Positions 1 through 11,037 of a DNA stretch of 64,000 nt are shown one piece after another. The translations under genes were made by a program, and so were the position numbers. Under the pieces are notes generated by a model that was not told the origin of the DNA, made no database searches, and worked only from the letters and a program-made list of their open reading frames with translations. How positions within the stretch are numbered: the first letter of the stretch is position 1; each line of letters opens with the position of its first letter. The stretch spans positions 26,197,690 through 26,261,689 of the forward strand of contig NC_068993.1 of the NCBI RefSeq assembly GCF_001194135.2. The letters are read 5' to 3'. The stretch is from Octopus bimaculoides (lineage: Eukaryota).

Positions 1-5
1 ATATA

Positions 6-163
6 TGGGAGAATGTACGAAAAAAAACAATAACAGACGAGGACAGGTGGTGTAAACAACAAAAGGATGTATTAGTATGACGCTCGGGAATACGGAAAGT
101 CTTTAACGTTTCGAGCTACGCTCTTCAACAGAAAGAATACGGAGAAAACAAGGAGAAAAACAC
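6..163 (-). mobile_element. Short HHR-bearing retroelement, family A (Penelope-terminus/retrozyme-like), 5'-truncated
   Basis: Aligns by eye to 34334-34542(+) and 51748-51948(-); contains a hammerhead motif at 101-135; ends in a (TA)n tail. Confidence 0.7.
101..135 (-). ncRNA. Minimal type-I hammerhead ribozyme motif, variant core CUGUUGA (family A)
   Basis: Minus strand reads CTTT-CTGTTGA-A-GAGC-GTA-GCTC-GAAAC-GTT-AAAG: helix I CTTT/AAAG, helix II GAGC/GCTC, palindromic ACGT helix III, GUU cleavage triplet. Confidence 0.7.
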
Positions 164-312
164 GTAGGCTGCTATCCCCATTGCTCTCATCAATTGTTTG
201 GTGCATTCACTGTACAAAAGATGCCTGATGGTAATCAATGCTAATGGTGGTCACATGAGATATTGAGTTCATCTCTTTGGATCCTGGACACTCCGTCATC
301 ACGTGACACCAT
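164..312 (+). repeat. 149-bp near-identical duplicate of 2082-2230 (3' end of the Tc1 element)
   Basis: Direct comparison shows a single C/T mismatch. Confidence 0.95.
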
Positions 313-361
313 ATATACACACATGCACAATCACACACACACATATACACACATACACACA

Positions 362-575
362 CCATCATCATCATTATCATTCATGCTTCCAAGGGTTAGA
401 CAGAATTTGTTGAAGTGGATTTTCTATGGCCAGATGCCCTTCCTGTCACCAACACTCACCTATTTGCAAGTAAGGTAGAATTTCCCCATGAGAAGACATG
501 TCTCAGAAAACCGGAAACAAAAAAAAAACTGCTTGCATCATGATGATACTCACTACTATCATGCAACGCAAGGAA
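362..575 (-). mobile_element. RTE-type LINE/SINE 3'-end fragment with (GAT)n tail
   Basis: (CAT)n on the plus strand and GGCCAGATGCCCTTCCTGTCACCAAC, related to the GGATGCCCTTCCTAA 3' motif of the other RTE tails in the window. Confidence 0.55.
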
Positions 576-584
576 AGAAGGCTG

Positions 585-653
585 TAACACACACACATAA
601 ACTAGCACACATACATATATGTACATGTAATATATATATCTTATAGACATGTG

Positions 654-707
<54 letters not shown>

Positions 708-1030
708 TACACACACACATATACATACCGCATATGCATACATGCACAAAAAACACACCTATACCCCCTGCACAACCCCTCGTTCACACACACACATGCA
801 CAAACACACACACACATGCACACACACAAAATACACATGCACATACACACACATGTACACATGCACATACACTCACACGCACATACACTCACACGCACAC
901 ACATACACGCACACGCAGATGAACCCACACATACCTCCCATACATACACAGCACACACTCATACATACACGCACACAATTATACATACATGTACACACAC
1001 ACACGCACATACAAGCATGCACACGCACAG
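585..1030. repeat. Compound (TA)n/(CA)n microsatellite
   Basis: Visible dinucleotide arrays. Confidence 0.95.
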
Positions 1031-2348
1031 GGATTGCATGTAGGGTTTGAACTCGTTCCCTTTTTGTGAACATGGTAATGTTCGTGAACTCATCTTTATG
1101 AAAAGCATGATGCATGTGTAAAACATTGACTCATTGGGTATAAAAAGAACCCTGTCATTTGTTTCCTGAATGCAGCAAGCATGCCAAGGCTGACACAAAA
1201 TTAGAGGGAACAAGCCACAGGACGTCTCCATGCTGGTCAACGTTCATGGGTCATTGCTAATGACTTGAACTGCAGTATTCAGACAATTGAGTGGCCGAGA
1301 GAACGATACAATGCCACAAACGGCATGGATGATTGTCTATGCAGTGGCCGACCAAGGGTTACAATGGCATGTCAAGATCGCTACCTGCACCAACAGCATT
1401 TGCAGGACCTATTCTGGAGGGCAACAGAATCAGCTCGGCAGACAGTAGGGTCTCACCACAGACAGACTCATTTGTGCAGAGGCAGTTCGCTGAGGTCTTT
1501 CAATCTGTCTTGTCGACATCCGACTAAGAGTCCCATCCTCACAGATTGTCATCAACTGGTATGTTTGTAGAAGGCTCAAAAACATCAGAACTGGTGATAT
1601 CAGCAGTGGAAGACTGAAAGTCGATATCACATTTCTGTGGCAGATGGTAGAGCTAGGATTTGGAGAAGAAGGGGTGAACATCATGTTGATGGTTGTGTGG
1701 TGGAGAGAGACTCATGGGGAGGACAGAGCATCATAGTATGGGGTGAGATTGCACTCAACCAGAAACTTGGACCAGTGATCTTCCAAAACATCAGCCAAGG
1801 CTGGGGCAATGAAGTAAATGCTGTTCGCTACAAGTGTTGAGCCCTCACATTGTGCCATACTTTGCCCGTTATCAGAATCATGTGTTCCAACATGACAATG
1901 TCCATACCGATACTAACAGGTTGACAACAGACTTCCTCTAACAGTACAACATCGAGACACTGCCATAGCCTGCGCTACGTCTGAACGCCATGGAGCCCCT
2001 GTGGGACAAAATCCAAAGGCTAAATAACATCTGTCCAAGGCCAACAACTGTGGCACAACTTGCTGTAAGTTTTAGCAGAGTGTAGGCTGTTATCCCCATT
2101 GCTCTCATCAATTGTTTGGTGCATTCACTGTACAAAAGATGCCTGATGGTAATCAATGCTAATGGTGGTCACATGAGATATTGAGTTCATCTCTTTGGAT
2201 CCTGGACACTCCGTCATCACGTGACACCATGTGACATCAAATATGTTTCAGAAAATGACGTTTTATCTTTAGGAAAGAACAGTTTTGTCATTAGCACTCT
2301 CCAATCAATGCTATGGCAATCTGTTAATAAACTGGTTTCTATTTAGTA
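1031..2348 (+). mobile_element. Degenerate Tc1-family DNA transposon (transposase pseudogene about 1181-2184)
   Basis: Frame-shifted translation gives MPRLTQ..REQATGRLHAG, SGRPRVT, DGRARIWRRRGE, GGQSIIVWG, FQHDN, LNAMEPLWD and NGGHMRY*, all Tc1 DDE-transposase motifs; outer ends approximate. Confidence 0.88.
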
Positions 2349-2372
2349 TGTGTGTGACGTTCCTTTTGTGAT

Positions 2373-2377
<5 letters not shown>

Positions 2378-2403
<26 letters not shown>

Positions 2404-3421
2404 NNNNNNNNNNNNNNNNNNNNNNNNNNNNNNNNNNNNNNNNNNNNNNNNNNNNNNNNNNNNNNNNNNNNNNNNNNNNNNNNNNNNNNNNNNNNNNNNN
2501 NNNNNNNNNNNNNNNNNNNNNNNNNNNNNNNNNNNNNNNNNNNNNNNNNNNNNNNNNNNNNNNNNNNNNNNNNNNNNNNNNNNNNNNNNNNNNNNNNNNN
2601 NNNNNNNNNNNNNNNNNNNNNNNNNNNNNNNNNNNNNNNNNNNNNNNNNNNNNNNNNNNNNNNNNNNNNNNNNNNNNNNNNNNNNNNNNNNNNNNNNNNN
2701 NNNNNNNNNNNNNNNNNNNNNNNNNNNNNNNNNNNNNNNNNNNNNNNNNNNNNNNNNNNNNNNNNNNNNNNNNNNNNNNNNNNNNNNNNNNNNNNNNNNN
2801 NNNNNNNNNNNNNNNNNNNNNNNNNNNNNNNNNNNNNNNNNNNNNNNNNNNNNNNNNNNNNNNNNNNNNNNNNNNNNNNNNNNNNNNNNNNNNNNNNNNN
2901 NNNNNNNNNNNNNNNNNNNNNNNNNNNNNNNNNNNNNNNNNNNNNNNNNNNNNNNNNNNNNNNNNNNNNNNNNNNNNNNNNNNNNNNNNNNNNNNNNNNN
3001 NNNNNNNNNNNNNNNNNNNNNNNNNNNNNNNNNNNNNNNNNNNNNNNNNNNNNNNNNNNNNNNNNNNNNNNNNNNNNNNNNNNNNNNNNNNNNNNNNNNN
3101 NNNNNNNNNNNNNNNNNNNNNNNNNNNNNNNNNNNNNNNNNNNNNNNNNNNNNNNNNNNNNNNNNNNNNNNNNNNNNNNNNNNNNNNNNNNNNNNNNNNN
3201 NNNNNNNNNNNNNNNNNNNNNNNNNNNNNNNNNNNNNNNNNNNNNNNNNNNNNNNNNNNNNNNNNNNNNNNNNNNNNNNNNNNNNNNNNNNNNNNTATAT
3301 ATATGTATGTATGTATGTATATATGTATATATATATGTATATATATATGTACGTATGTTATGTATGCTATTTATATATACTCTATATAGTAAATATATAT
3401 ATATACATATATCATATATAA

Positions 3422-3469
<48 letters not shown>

Positions 3470-3470
3470 T
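2378..3470. repeat. (TA)n microsatellite flanking an assembly gap (N about 2404-3295)
   Basis: Sequence content. Confidence 0.95.
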
Positions 3471-3474
3471 AGAA

Positions 3475-3871
3475 ACATGATGGCTGTCCTCTCATGACCA
3501 AGGAAGACTATTGCTGACATTTAGGAACATTGTGCGTTCTAGGACTAATATTTTGTATCTGCAGCTCCATTGGTGGCTAATGAGCCCTGCTCTTGACAAG
3601 CATATACAACCACAAACATTGCAAACCAAGCTTTCCCCCATTCACTACGCTAGCATTGTGCTTTCGAGCAGCATGCTTAAATTCTTCAAGAAGAATAAGT
3701 ATCGACCCTCTCCTTAATTTGCTTCCTCCATTTGTAGCAGGCATTGCTCTCCTTGTTGGTCCCCTGCATCTGTTTAGGGATCCTGCTATCCTTTATTCTA
3801 ATAAGGTGTCCAGTCTAACATAACTGGTGTTTGTGCACCATCAATACGCAAGATATCAGCTTTCCTCAAGA
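3475..3871 (-). mobile_element. RTE-clade LINE 3' fragment, internally deleted copy
   Basis: Clearly homologous to 6222-6728 and ends at the same CCTCAAGA breakpoint. Confidence 0.8.
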
Positions 3872-4090
3872 TCTTTCTTTCTTTATTTGTTTCAGTTATT
3901 TGACTGCGGCCATGCTGGAGCACTGCCTTTAGTCAAGCAAATCAACCCCGGGACTTATTCTTTGTAAGCCTAGTACTCATTCTATCGGTCTCTTTTGCCA
4001 AACCGCTAAGTGACGGGGACATAAACACACTAGCATCGGTTGTCAAGCAATGCTAGGGGGACAAACACAGACACACAAACACACACACAA

Positions 4091-4161
<71 letters not shown>

Positions 4162-4322
4162 TACGACGGGCTTCTTTCAGTTTCCGTCTACCAAATCCAC
4201 TCACAAGGCTTTGGTCGGCCTGAGGCTATAGTAGAAGACACTTGCCCAAGGTGCCATGCAGTGGGACTGAACCCGGAACCATGTGGTTGGTAAGCATGCT
4301 ACTTACCACACAGCCACTCCTG
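3872..4322 (-). mobile_element. tRNA-derived CORE-type SINE with internal (TA)n/(CA)n
   Basis: Minus head GGAGTGGCTGTGTGG (A box), GGTTCAGTCCC (B box), then GGCACCTTGGGCAAGTGTCTT (CORE-like); many copies in the window. Confidence 0.9.
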
Positions 4323-4350
4323 TATATATATCTATGATATATATATATAC

Positions 4351-4568
4351 AAATAATCAGAAAATGGAGAAATCCTCAGATTAACAAACACATCGATTGG
4401 ACCCTATTTATAGCTTACTTTTTAATAGAAAGCATGACAAATGGCCATAGGATAAGATGTTACATCACCTATTTTGTTATGTCGTACTTTGTATTAAAAA
4501 ATAAGGTATAAATGTGGTCCAATCAACGTGTTTGTTAATCTAAGGTTTTCTCCATTTTCTGATTATTT
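4351..4568. repeat. Foldback repeat, about 55-bp inverted arms (4351-4404 / 4515-4568)
   Basis: AAATAATCAGAAAATGGAGAAATCCTCAGATTAACAAACAC.. is the reverse complement of ..GTGTTTGTTAATCTAAGGTTTTCTCCATTTTCTGATTATTT. Confidence 0.85.
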
Positions 4569-4603
4569 GCATTGGTACCTGATAAACTCTTGTTTATCCT
4601 GTT

Positions 4604-4793
4604 CTATATTTAAGAGATAAGGAATTATTTACATTTGACGGATATTTGTCCTCATTTTGTTTGTTGTTAACGTTTCGGCTGATATACCTTCCAGCCTTCA
4701 TCAAGTGTCTTGGGGAAATTTTGAACCAGGGTTCTCATTCCTATGGTATTTTTCGATGTTATCATTATTATTAATAATAATAATAATAGTAAA
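4604..4793 (-). mobile_element. HHR-bearing short retroelement, family B, 5'-truncated in the (AAT)n linker, 16-bp TSD
   Basis: TCTTGTTTATCCTGTT occurs at both 4588-4603 and 4794-4809; body matches 15566-15790 and 17873-17996. Confidence 0.88.
4665..4709 (-). ncRNA. Degenerate type-I hammerhead motif (family B)
   Basis: GACAC-TTGATGA-A-GGCTG-(10 nt)-CAGCC-GAAAC-GTT; the 3' strand of helix I is deleted in this copy. Confidence 0.7.
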
Positions 4794-4989
4794 TCTTGTT
4801 TATCCTGTTGTTATTTGCACTCTATGTTCATGGTGTGCCTGCACACCAATGCCCGAGGATAATACAGGTAACGGATACTGATAGTATATACAGATGTTTT
4901 ATCCCTTAGTGGGTTATTATAACTCTGTTTACACTATATATATATGTATATATATATACATCATTCAACTATGGTAGTAGTTGAATAAT

Positions 4990-5830
4990 ATTCTTAGGCC
5001 ACGGTTTACCCACATGCAACATTTTCAGAGCTTTGTCACTAATTCAGTTCTTAGCCAAATTGAAAACCGTTAACATTTTTGAAGTGGGCTGGCACAAAAA
5101 AAATTTAGATTTAGTCCAGTAGAAAAATGTTTAAATTCAACATTTGTAACAACATTATAGGAGAGTAAGTAATGCCTCCAAACAAGTTTAGATCTAAATG
5201 ACTTTTTTCTTTTAAAGGCTAAATATATTTATCTTAGCTTCAATGATAGAAGAAAGCATGAGGAATTTCATAGTTTTGATCCCATGCAACAAAAATTTAT
5301 ATAAAAAAAAAGTTGTGAGGTAAAATATCAAGAAAAAATATAAGTAAGGTAAAAAATTGGATTTAGGTATAATAAACTTTTTTGTTCTATAAACTAACTA
5401 TATTTTAATTAAGCTTAAATGATAGAGCTCAATTCAAGGAGTTTCATGATATTAATCTCATGTAATGAAATTTTAAAACAAAAAAGTTATGAGTGTTAGT
5501 TTCTCAAATTTGAGGGGGATAATATAGTTCTATACTTTTTTATGAATATAGTTTTATACTTTTTTATGAATATAGTTCTATAAGGGGCTTTTAATATATG
5601 TCACCTGTGTCATTGAGGTAAGGAAAAAATTATCAATGACACTGCAAATTTGCAGTTAGTTTAATTACATCTATGTTTTAATTAATGCAATTATATCATA
5701 AAAATGTAACAAATTAAAGTATTATTTAGAAATGTTGATTATAGCCCAGCCACTTTGGTAATCTTTCGTTTTAACTCGGACGTGCGTGCACACTGCTCAG
5801 CATTTGGCATTTGGTAAATTCCGAAAAAAA
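4990..5830. mobile_element. Possible non-autonomous DNA-transposon remnant with diverged subterminal repeats
   Basis: Two diverged AT-rich units (about 5233-5320 and 5408-5494) ending AAAAAAGTTRTGAG, plus a short tandem duplication at about 5522-5580. Confidence 0.3.
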
Positions 5831-6046
5831 ATTTTATTTATTCATTTTTGTGAGAGGAAATGGACATGGACGTGTGTGTGTTGATGGTGGGGGGTGAGAC
5901 AGAAAGTATGTTGTGTGTGTATGTAAGAGAGAGACAGAGAGAGAGAGTGAGAGTGAGTGATAGTGTACATTTTTTATTTATTTTTACTTGTATTTTTCAG
6001 TGAATGTGTGTGATTGACTGAGAGACAGAGAGAGAGGTGTGTTTTG

Positions 6047-6047
<1 letters not shown>

Positions 6048-6137
<90 letters not shown>
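6048..6137. repeat. (GT)n microsatellite
   Basis: Sequence content. Confidence 0.95.
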
Positions 6138-6138
<1 letters not shown>

Positions 6139-6221
6139 CAGAAAAAGAGAGAGGGGGAGAGTGTGTGGTATATACACACCCATATATGCATACATATATA
6201 TATTACACACACATATGATGG

Positions 6222-6728
6222 CCCTCCTATCGTGATCAAGGAAGACCATTGCTGACCTTTAGGAACATTGTGCATTTTGGACTAATATTTTGCATTTGCA
6301 GCTCCATTGGTGGCTAATGAGCCCTGCTCCTGACAAGCATACACAACCGCAAGCATTGCAAACCAAGCTTTTCCCATTCACTATGCTAGCAGTGTGCTTT
6401 TGAGCAGCACACTTAAATTCTTCATGAAGGCTACGTGCTCTTTCAAAGGTGTTGACCCATTCCTTAATCTGCTTCCTCCATCTGTGCTGATGACAGGTAT
6501 TGCTCTCCCAGTCAGTCTCTTACATATCACAGGCCTTTAATGAGGACTTGATACAGTCCTTAAATCGCAGCCTTGGTTTCTGCCAGGGTCTCTTTCCATT
6601 CACAAGTTCTCCATATAGCATCTGGTTAGGGATCCTGGTATCCTTCATTCTAATAAGGTGTCCAGCCCAACATAACCAGTACTTATGCACCTTCACCTCA
6701 ATACTCAAGATACCAGCTTTCCTCAAGA
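6222..6728 (-). mobile_element. RTE-clade LINE 3' fragment
   Basis: ORF 6520-6777: VLRKAGILSIE..WAGHLIRMKDTRIPNQMLYGELVNGKRPWQKPRLRFKD, the conserved RTE C-terminal block. Confidence 0.85.
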
Positions 6729-6782
6729 CACACACACATACACATATATATACACATACATATATATATACACACACATATT

Positions 6783-6845
<63 letters not shown>

Positions 6846-6847
<2 letters not shown>

Positions 6848-7130
6848 TGTTGTGTCTGGGGAGAGTCATTTTATTATTGTGCCTTAAAATTTAACACTCA
6901 CCGTTAAAATTTCCACTTATTTCTTATATGATATAAAATAAAAAATAAAAAATAAATTTAAAATTTAAAATTTAAAATAAAAAAAAAAAGAAATAAGTGG
7001 AAATTTTAACGGTGAGTGTGTTAAATTTTAAGGCACAATAAGAAAATGACTCTCCCGAGACACAACAGAATATGCTTCAACACACGAAATCACATAAAAA
7101 ATCTTGCAAACCAAATCCAAAAATGAAATA
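6846..7130. repeat. Foldback repeat, about 82-bp inverted arms (6846-6927 / 6988-7069) with AT-rich spacer
   Basis: CTGTTGTGTCTGGGGAGAGTCATTTT..TTCCACTTATTTCTT and its reverse complement. Confidence 0.85.
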
Positions 7131-7224
7131 TATATATATACATACACACACACATATATACGTAGATATATACACACACACACATATATACATATACATA
7201 TACATATACATACATATACATACA

Positions 7225-7260
<36 letters not shown>

Positions 7261-7308
7261 TATATATATCCAAATTGAGGGAATGGAGCAGGTAAAATCT
7301 AAGCTAGA

Positions 7309-7564
7309 TATGTTTACTAGCTGGCAGATCCTCAGAAGTAATAATTACTCAGTGAGTATACCCCACTAGCTACTCACCAGGCTGAAGATACCTTAGATAT
7401 ATGAAGGTTTTTTTTTCATATTATATCTCCAACGAGTCAACTTGGGATTCCTTAATGACAATGTAACCTTCATATAACTAAGGTATCTTTGGCCTGATGA
7501 GATGTTAGTTAAATACCCCTCATTCAGTAATTATTACTTCCAGGAAAGCTAGCTAGGAAACATA
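7309..7564. mobile_element. MITE-like foldback element with about 100-bp diverged inverted arms
   Basis: 7309-7409 TATGTTTACTAGC..GATACCTTAGATATATGAAGGTT is the imperfect reverse complement of 7465-7564; TA at both ends. Confidence 0.7.
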
Positions 7565-7808
7565 GACAGCCTGGATTTTATCTGTTCCATTCCCTCTGTT
7601 TCGATTTTTATTTGCATTTATAGCAATCCTAGCTGCTAACCATGAACTATAAAAATTGCTTTTTTCAGCTTATTAAAATTTGATATGGGAAAAGCCTACA
7701 ACCTTCTTTGCCAATAAACTATTATTGTTTCTGAAAGTTGTTTTTCATACCTAACATAGACTGCTCGAAGCTAACTAACTTTTCACACCTTGATCCTTGG
7801 ATTTTACA

Positions 7809-7810
<2 letters not shown>

Positions 7811-7851
<41 letters not shown>

Positions 7852-7896
7852 ACACACACACACACACACNNNNNNNNNNACATACACACACACACA

Positions 7897-7936
<40 letters not shown>

Positions 7937-8070
7937 CATACAGATATACATACATACATATATGAATATACATATATATTTATATATATACATATATATA
8001 CATATATATGTATATATATGTATACAAACGTACACACACACTCACACACACACACACATACATATATGTG
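7811..8070. repeat. (CA)n/(TA)n microsatellite
   Basis: Sequence content, with a 10-N gap. Confidence 0.95.
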
Positions 8071-8084
8071 TATGTGAGTTTTCT

Positions 8085-8830
8085 TTTCAGATGTATAGTG
8101 CTGCTGCCCCTCCATCCCAGGGTCTTGCTGGCCTACACCTTCCACACCCTTAGAGTTGGCACACTTAATGTTGGCACATTGAAAGGTAGGTCTGGTGAGA
8201 TTGTTGAGATGCTTGAACGGAGACATGTAGATTTGTGCTGCCCCCAAGAAGTAAGGTGGAGAGGAAGTTCTGCTAGGTTCCTCACAGGCAAAGAAAATAG
8301 GTATAAAATTTTCTGAGTAGGGAACACTGATGGGGTTGGGGGCGTGGGTACACTACTTGCAGAGAAATGGGTTGATAAGGTAATCGAGGGTATACTCCTT
8401 GCAGAGAAATGGGTTGATAAGGTAATCGAGGTAGTCAGAGTCTTTGATAGAATACTTAAGCTTAGACTAGTGCTGCAACATGGAATAGCAACCATTATCC
8501 TAGCCTATGCCCCTCAGCCAGGGTTACTTGATGAACAGAAAGACCGATTTTAGGACACCCTCTCGCAGACTACCTCATCAACGAATGACAGAGACCTGCT
8601 CTTTGTGGCTGGCGACTTCAATGGGCATGTTGGACAACATCCAGGGAGCTTCATTGGTGTACATGGTGGCAACAGATTTAGTTCCCAGATTGAGGAGGGA
8701 ACCAGGCTGCTGAAGTTCTCTGATGTGAATGACCTTATGATCTGTAATACTAACTTCAAAAAAACCTGCCAGTCACCTGTTCACCTACCAGTCTGGTGGG
8801 CTCACTAGTCAGATTGACAACATGTTCTCA
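8085..8830 (+). mobile_element. RTE-clade LINE, APE endonuclease region (pseudogene)
   Basis: [54 protein letters not shown]; in-frame 42-bp tandem duplication at 8353-8431. Confidence 0.9.
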
Positions 8831-8831
8831 T

Positions 8832-9810
8832 TCTTAATGCAAGTTTTGAAGTGAGCAGTTCAATTTTAACAGTTATTTTTTCAAAGCTATAATGGAAATG
8901 ACAAAGGATCATATTCAGCATATTTTGCTTTATGAATTCAATAAAGGCAACAATACAACGGAAAGTGTGAGGAATATTAATGCAGTATATGGGGATCAGA
9001 CAATAAGTGTAAGCCAGTGTCAATGGTGGGTTCAGAAATTCCGAGCTGGAAACTAGAGCCTAGACAATGAGCCTCATCCTGGAAGATCTGTGGAGCTCAA
9101 CGAGAATGTCCTGCAAACCCTGGTGGAACATAATCCCATTGTAATTGTTGAGGAACTAGCAGAAAAGCTTGGATTTGGTCATTCAGCCATTCATCGACAC
9201 TTGCGTGCCATTGGAAAAGTCAATGAGTTCCTCAAAACTTTCCAAGTCTAATCCCACACAGGGAATAAATGTGTGCTCTCCTCTGCTGTCACGTTTCATG
9301 AATGAACCTTTTTTGGATCAAATAGTGACTGGTGATGAGAAACGGGTTTTCTATAAAACAGAAGAGATCTTCTGTCAGCAGCTTGAGTGGCTTAAGTCAG
9401 CGCTAGGAAAAAAAAACGATCATCTTTAGCTTCAAGACAAATGGTATTCTTCCATCAGGATAACACTTGGCCATATACAGCGAGGATGACATTCCAAAGG
9501 CTGGAGCAGTTTGAATGGGAAACGATGCCCCACCCACCATATTTGCTGGACATTGCCCCATCTGATTATCATTTATTCCACATTCTTCAAAATCATTTGA
9601 ACAGAAAAAATATGAATTTTGTAGACGAGATCAGAACAGTACTGAAGGAGTATTTTTCCTCAAGGACAAGTGAATTTTGGAAGAGGGGCCTTGCAAGTCT
9701 ACCTGATAGATGGAAGAGCATTGTAGCAAATGAAGGAGAGTATATTTTAGATTTAAAAATAACTTTGTTTATCTTAATTTTTAAAAAAACCAGATTATTT
9801 ATGGGATGAC

Positions 9811-9815
<5 letters not shown>
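8832..9815 (+). mobile_element. Mariner (D34D) transposon, degenerate; 5' TIR missing at the RTE junction
   Basis: MEMTKDHIQHILLYEF.., IVTGDEK, FHQDN, HPPYLLDIAPSDYHLF; 3' end ATTTATGGGATGACCCAATA followed by (TA)n. Confidence 0.9.
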
Positions 9816-9852
<37 letters not shown>

Positions 9853-10124
9853 TTATTTGGAAAATGTAGGTGAAATTGATGTATTGGTTTGAACAAGTGA
9901 TGCAAATGATTATGGAATGTTTAGAGAGAAGAGTGACATGTTGTCATTGGAAAGTGTCTATTTGGGAAATAATATCACAAAATCTCGGGTCTCACAGATC
10001 AAGGAAAGTATTGGTAAATTGTAAATAAAACTTCACCAACAAAGTACAGAGTATACAACACACTTGTCCATGCTTGCAATAAAGGTCATCACGCATAACA
10101 GTTGAGATAATTTCTATAAATATA

Positions 10125-11037
10125 TATGAGGTGGTATCAAAACGTAGTTATGTTCAATAAAAAAATAGCCTATTTACCTAAGTTTTAACATCATCTCGTT
10201 TGAAATAGTCACCTCATAGAGCAATACACCAGTCCCAGCATTCTTGCCACTTTTGGAATTCAGCCTAAAAGTCATTTTCTGTAAGCAAGTCAAGGACCTT
10301 CTGCAATTCACATTGGATCTTGACAGCAGGGTTAAAACAGCAACCTTTGACTGCATTTTCATCTTGGAGAAGAGATGGTAATCCACAGGTGTTAAATTTG
10401 GTGAATAGGGTGGGTGCGAAAGCAATACCATGTTGTTTTTAGTGAGAAACTCACGAATGAGGAGAGCTCAGTGACAGGGTGTATTGTTGTTGTGAAGAAT
10501 TCAAATTTTCATGATCCACAGGTCTGGTCACTTTTGCCAAATGTCCTCTATCAAACGCTTCAAAACATCATTGACTCTCTTTAGACAATCCTCGTGTACA
10601 AGCTGATGAATTTTTTGCACATTTTGTTGGGTGATGCTTGTGGTAGGTCTTGCACATTGTTCATCATCTTCCAGGGATGTTCTTCCACTTTTGAAGTGCC
10701 CATGCCACTCGAAACATTGTGTGTGACCCCATTGCCTCACTGCCATAAGCTTGCCAAAGCATGCTCAATGTCATTGTAACAGACTTTCCAAGTTTAACAC
10801 AAAATTTCATGTTGGCTGTTTGTTCCAACTTCCTGTGCATGACAAAAATCACAGACTACAGCATACATGTGATCACAAAAACATAAATTTCACAACTTGC
10901 AAAGTAAACACAATGATGTTACTTGGCACACTGCCTCATGAAGGTCCCTGCTAGCTCTCACTGCAAATGCAACCATATGCTGCCATCAGTTTGTGCACTA
11001 TAGAACTAGTCTGGGAACTTTTTGATACCACCTTGTA
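10125..11037 (-). mobile_element. Internally deleted mariner transposon with both TIRs
   Basis: TIRs TAYRAGGTGGTATCAAAA at both ends; NMKFCVKLGKS, CFEWHGHFKSGRTSLEDD, HPPYSPNLTPVDYHLF. Confidence 0.9.

Noticed and set aside
456-1115. Long H/T/Y/I- or C/V-rich ORFs (also near 6000, 7800, 22000, 28200, 49450, 50900 and 63100)
   Set aside because: Translations of (CA)n, (TA)n and (TACA)n microsatellites
2350-3480. ORFs of 230-376 aa containing X runs (also 15663-16723, 17962-18669 and 63395-63935)
   Set aside because: They are open only because they cross assembly N gaps
4250-4322. tRNA-like sequences (also 15834-15892 and 48070-48140) as tRNA genes
   Set aside because: They are SINE heads with no complete cloverleaf and are fused to repeat bodies
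4848-4890. CCGAGGA..GGATAC-TGATA-GTATA as a decayed hammerhead
   Set aside because: It needs several corrections and has no credible helix II
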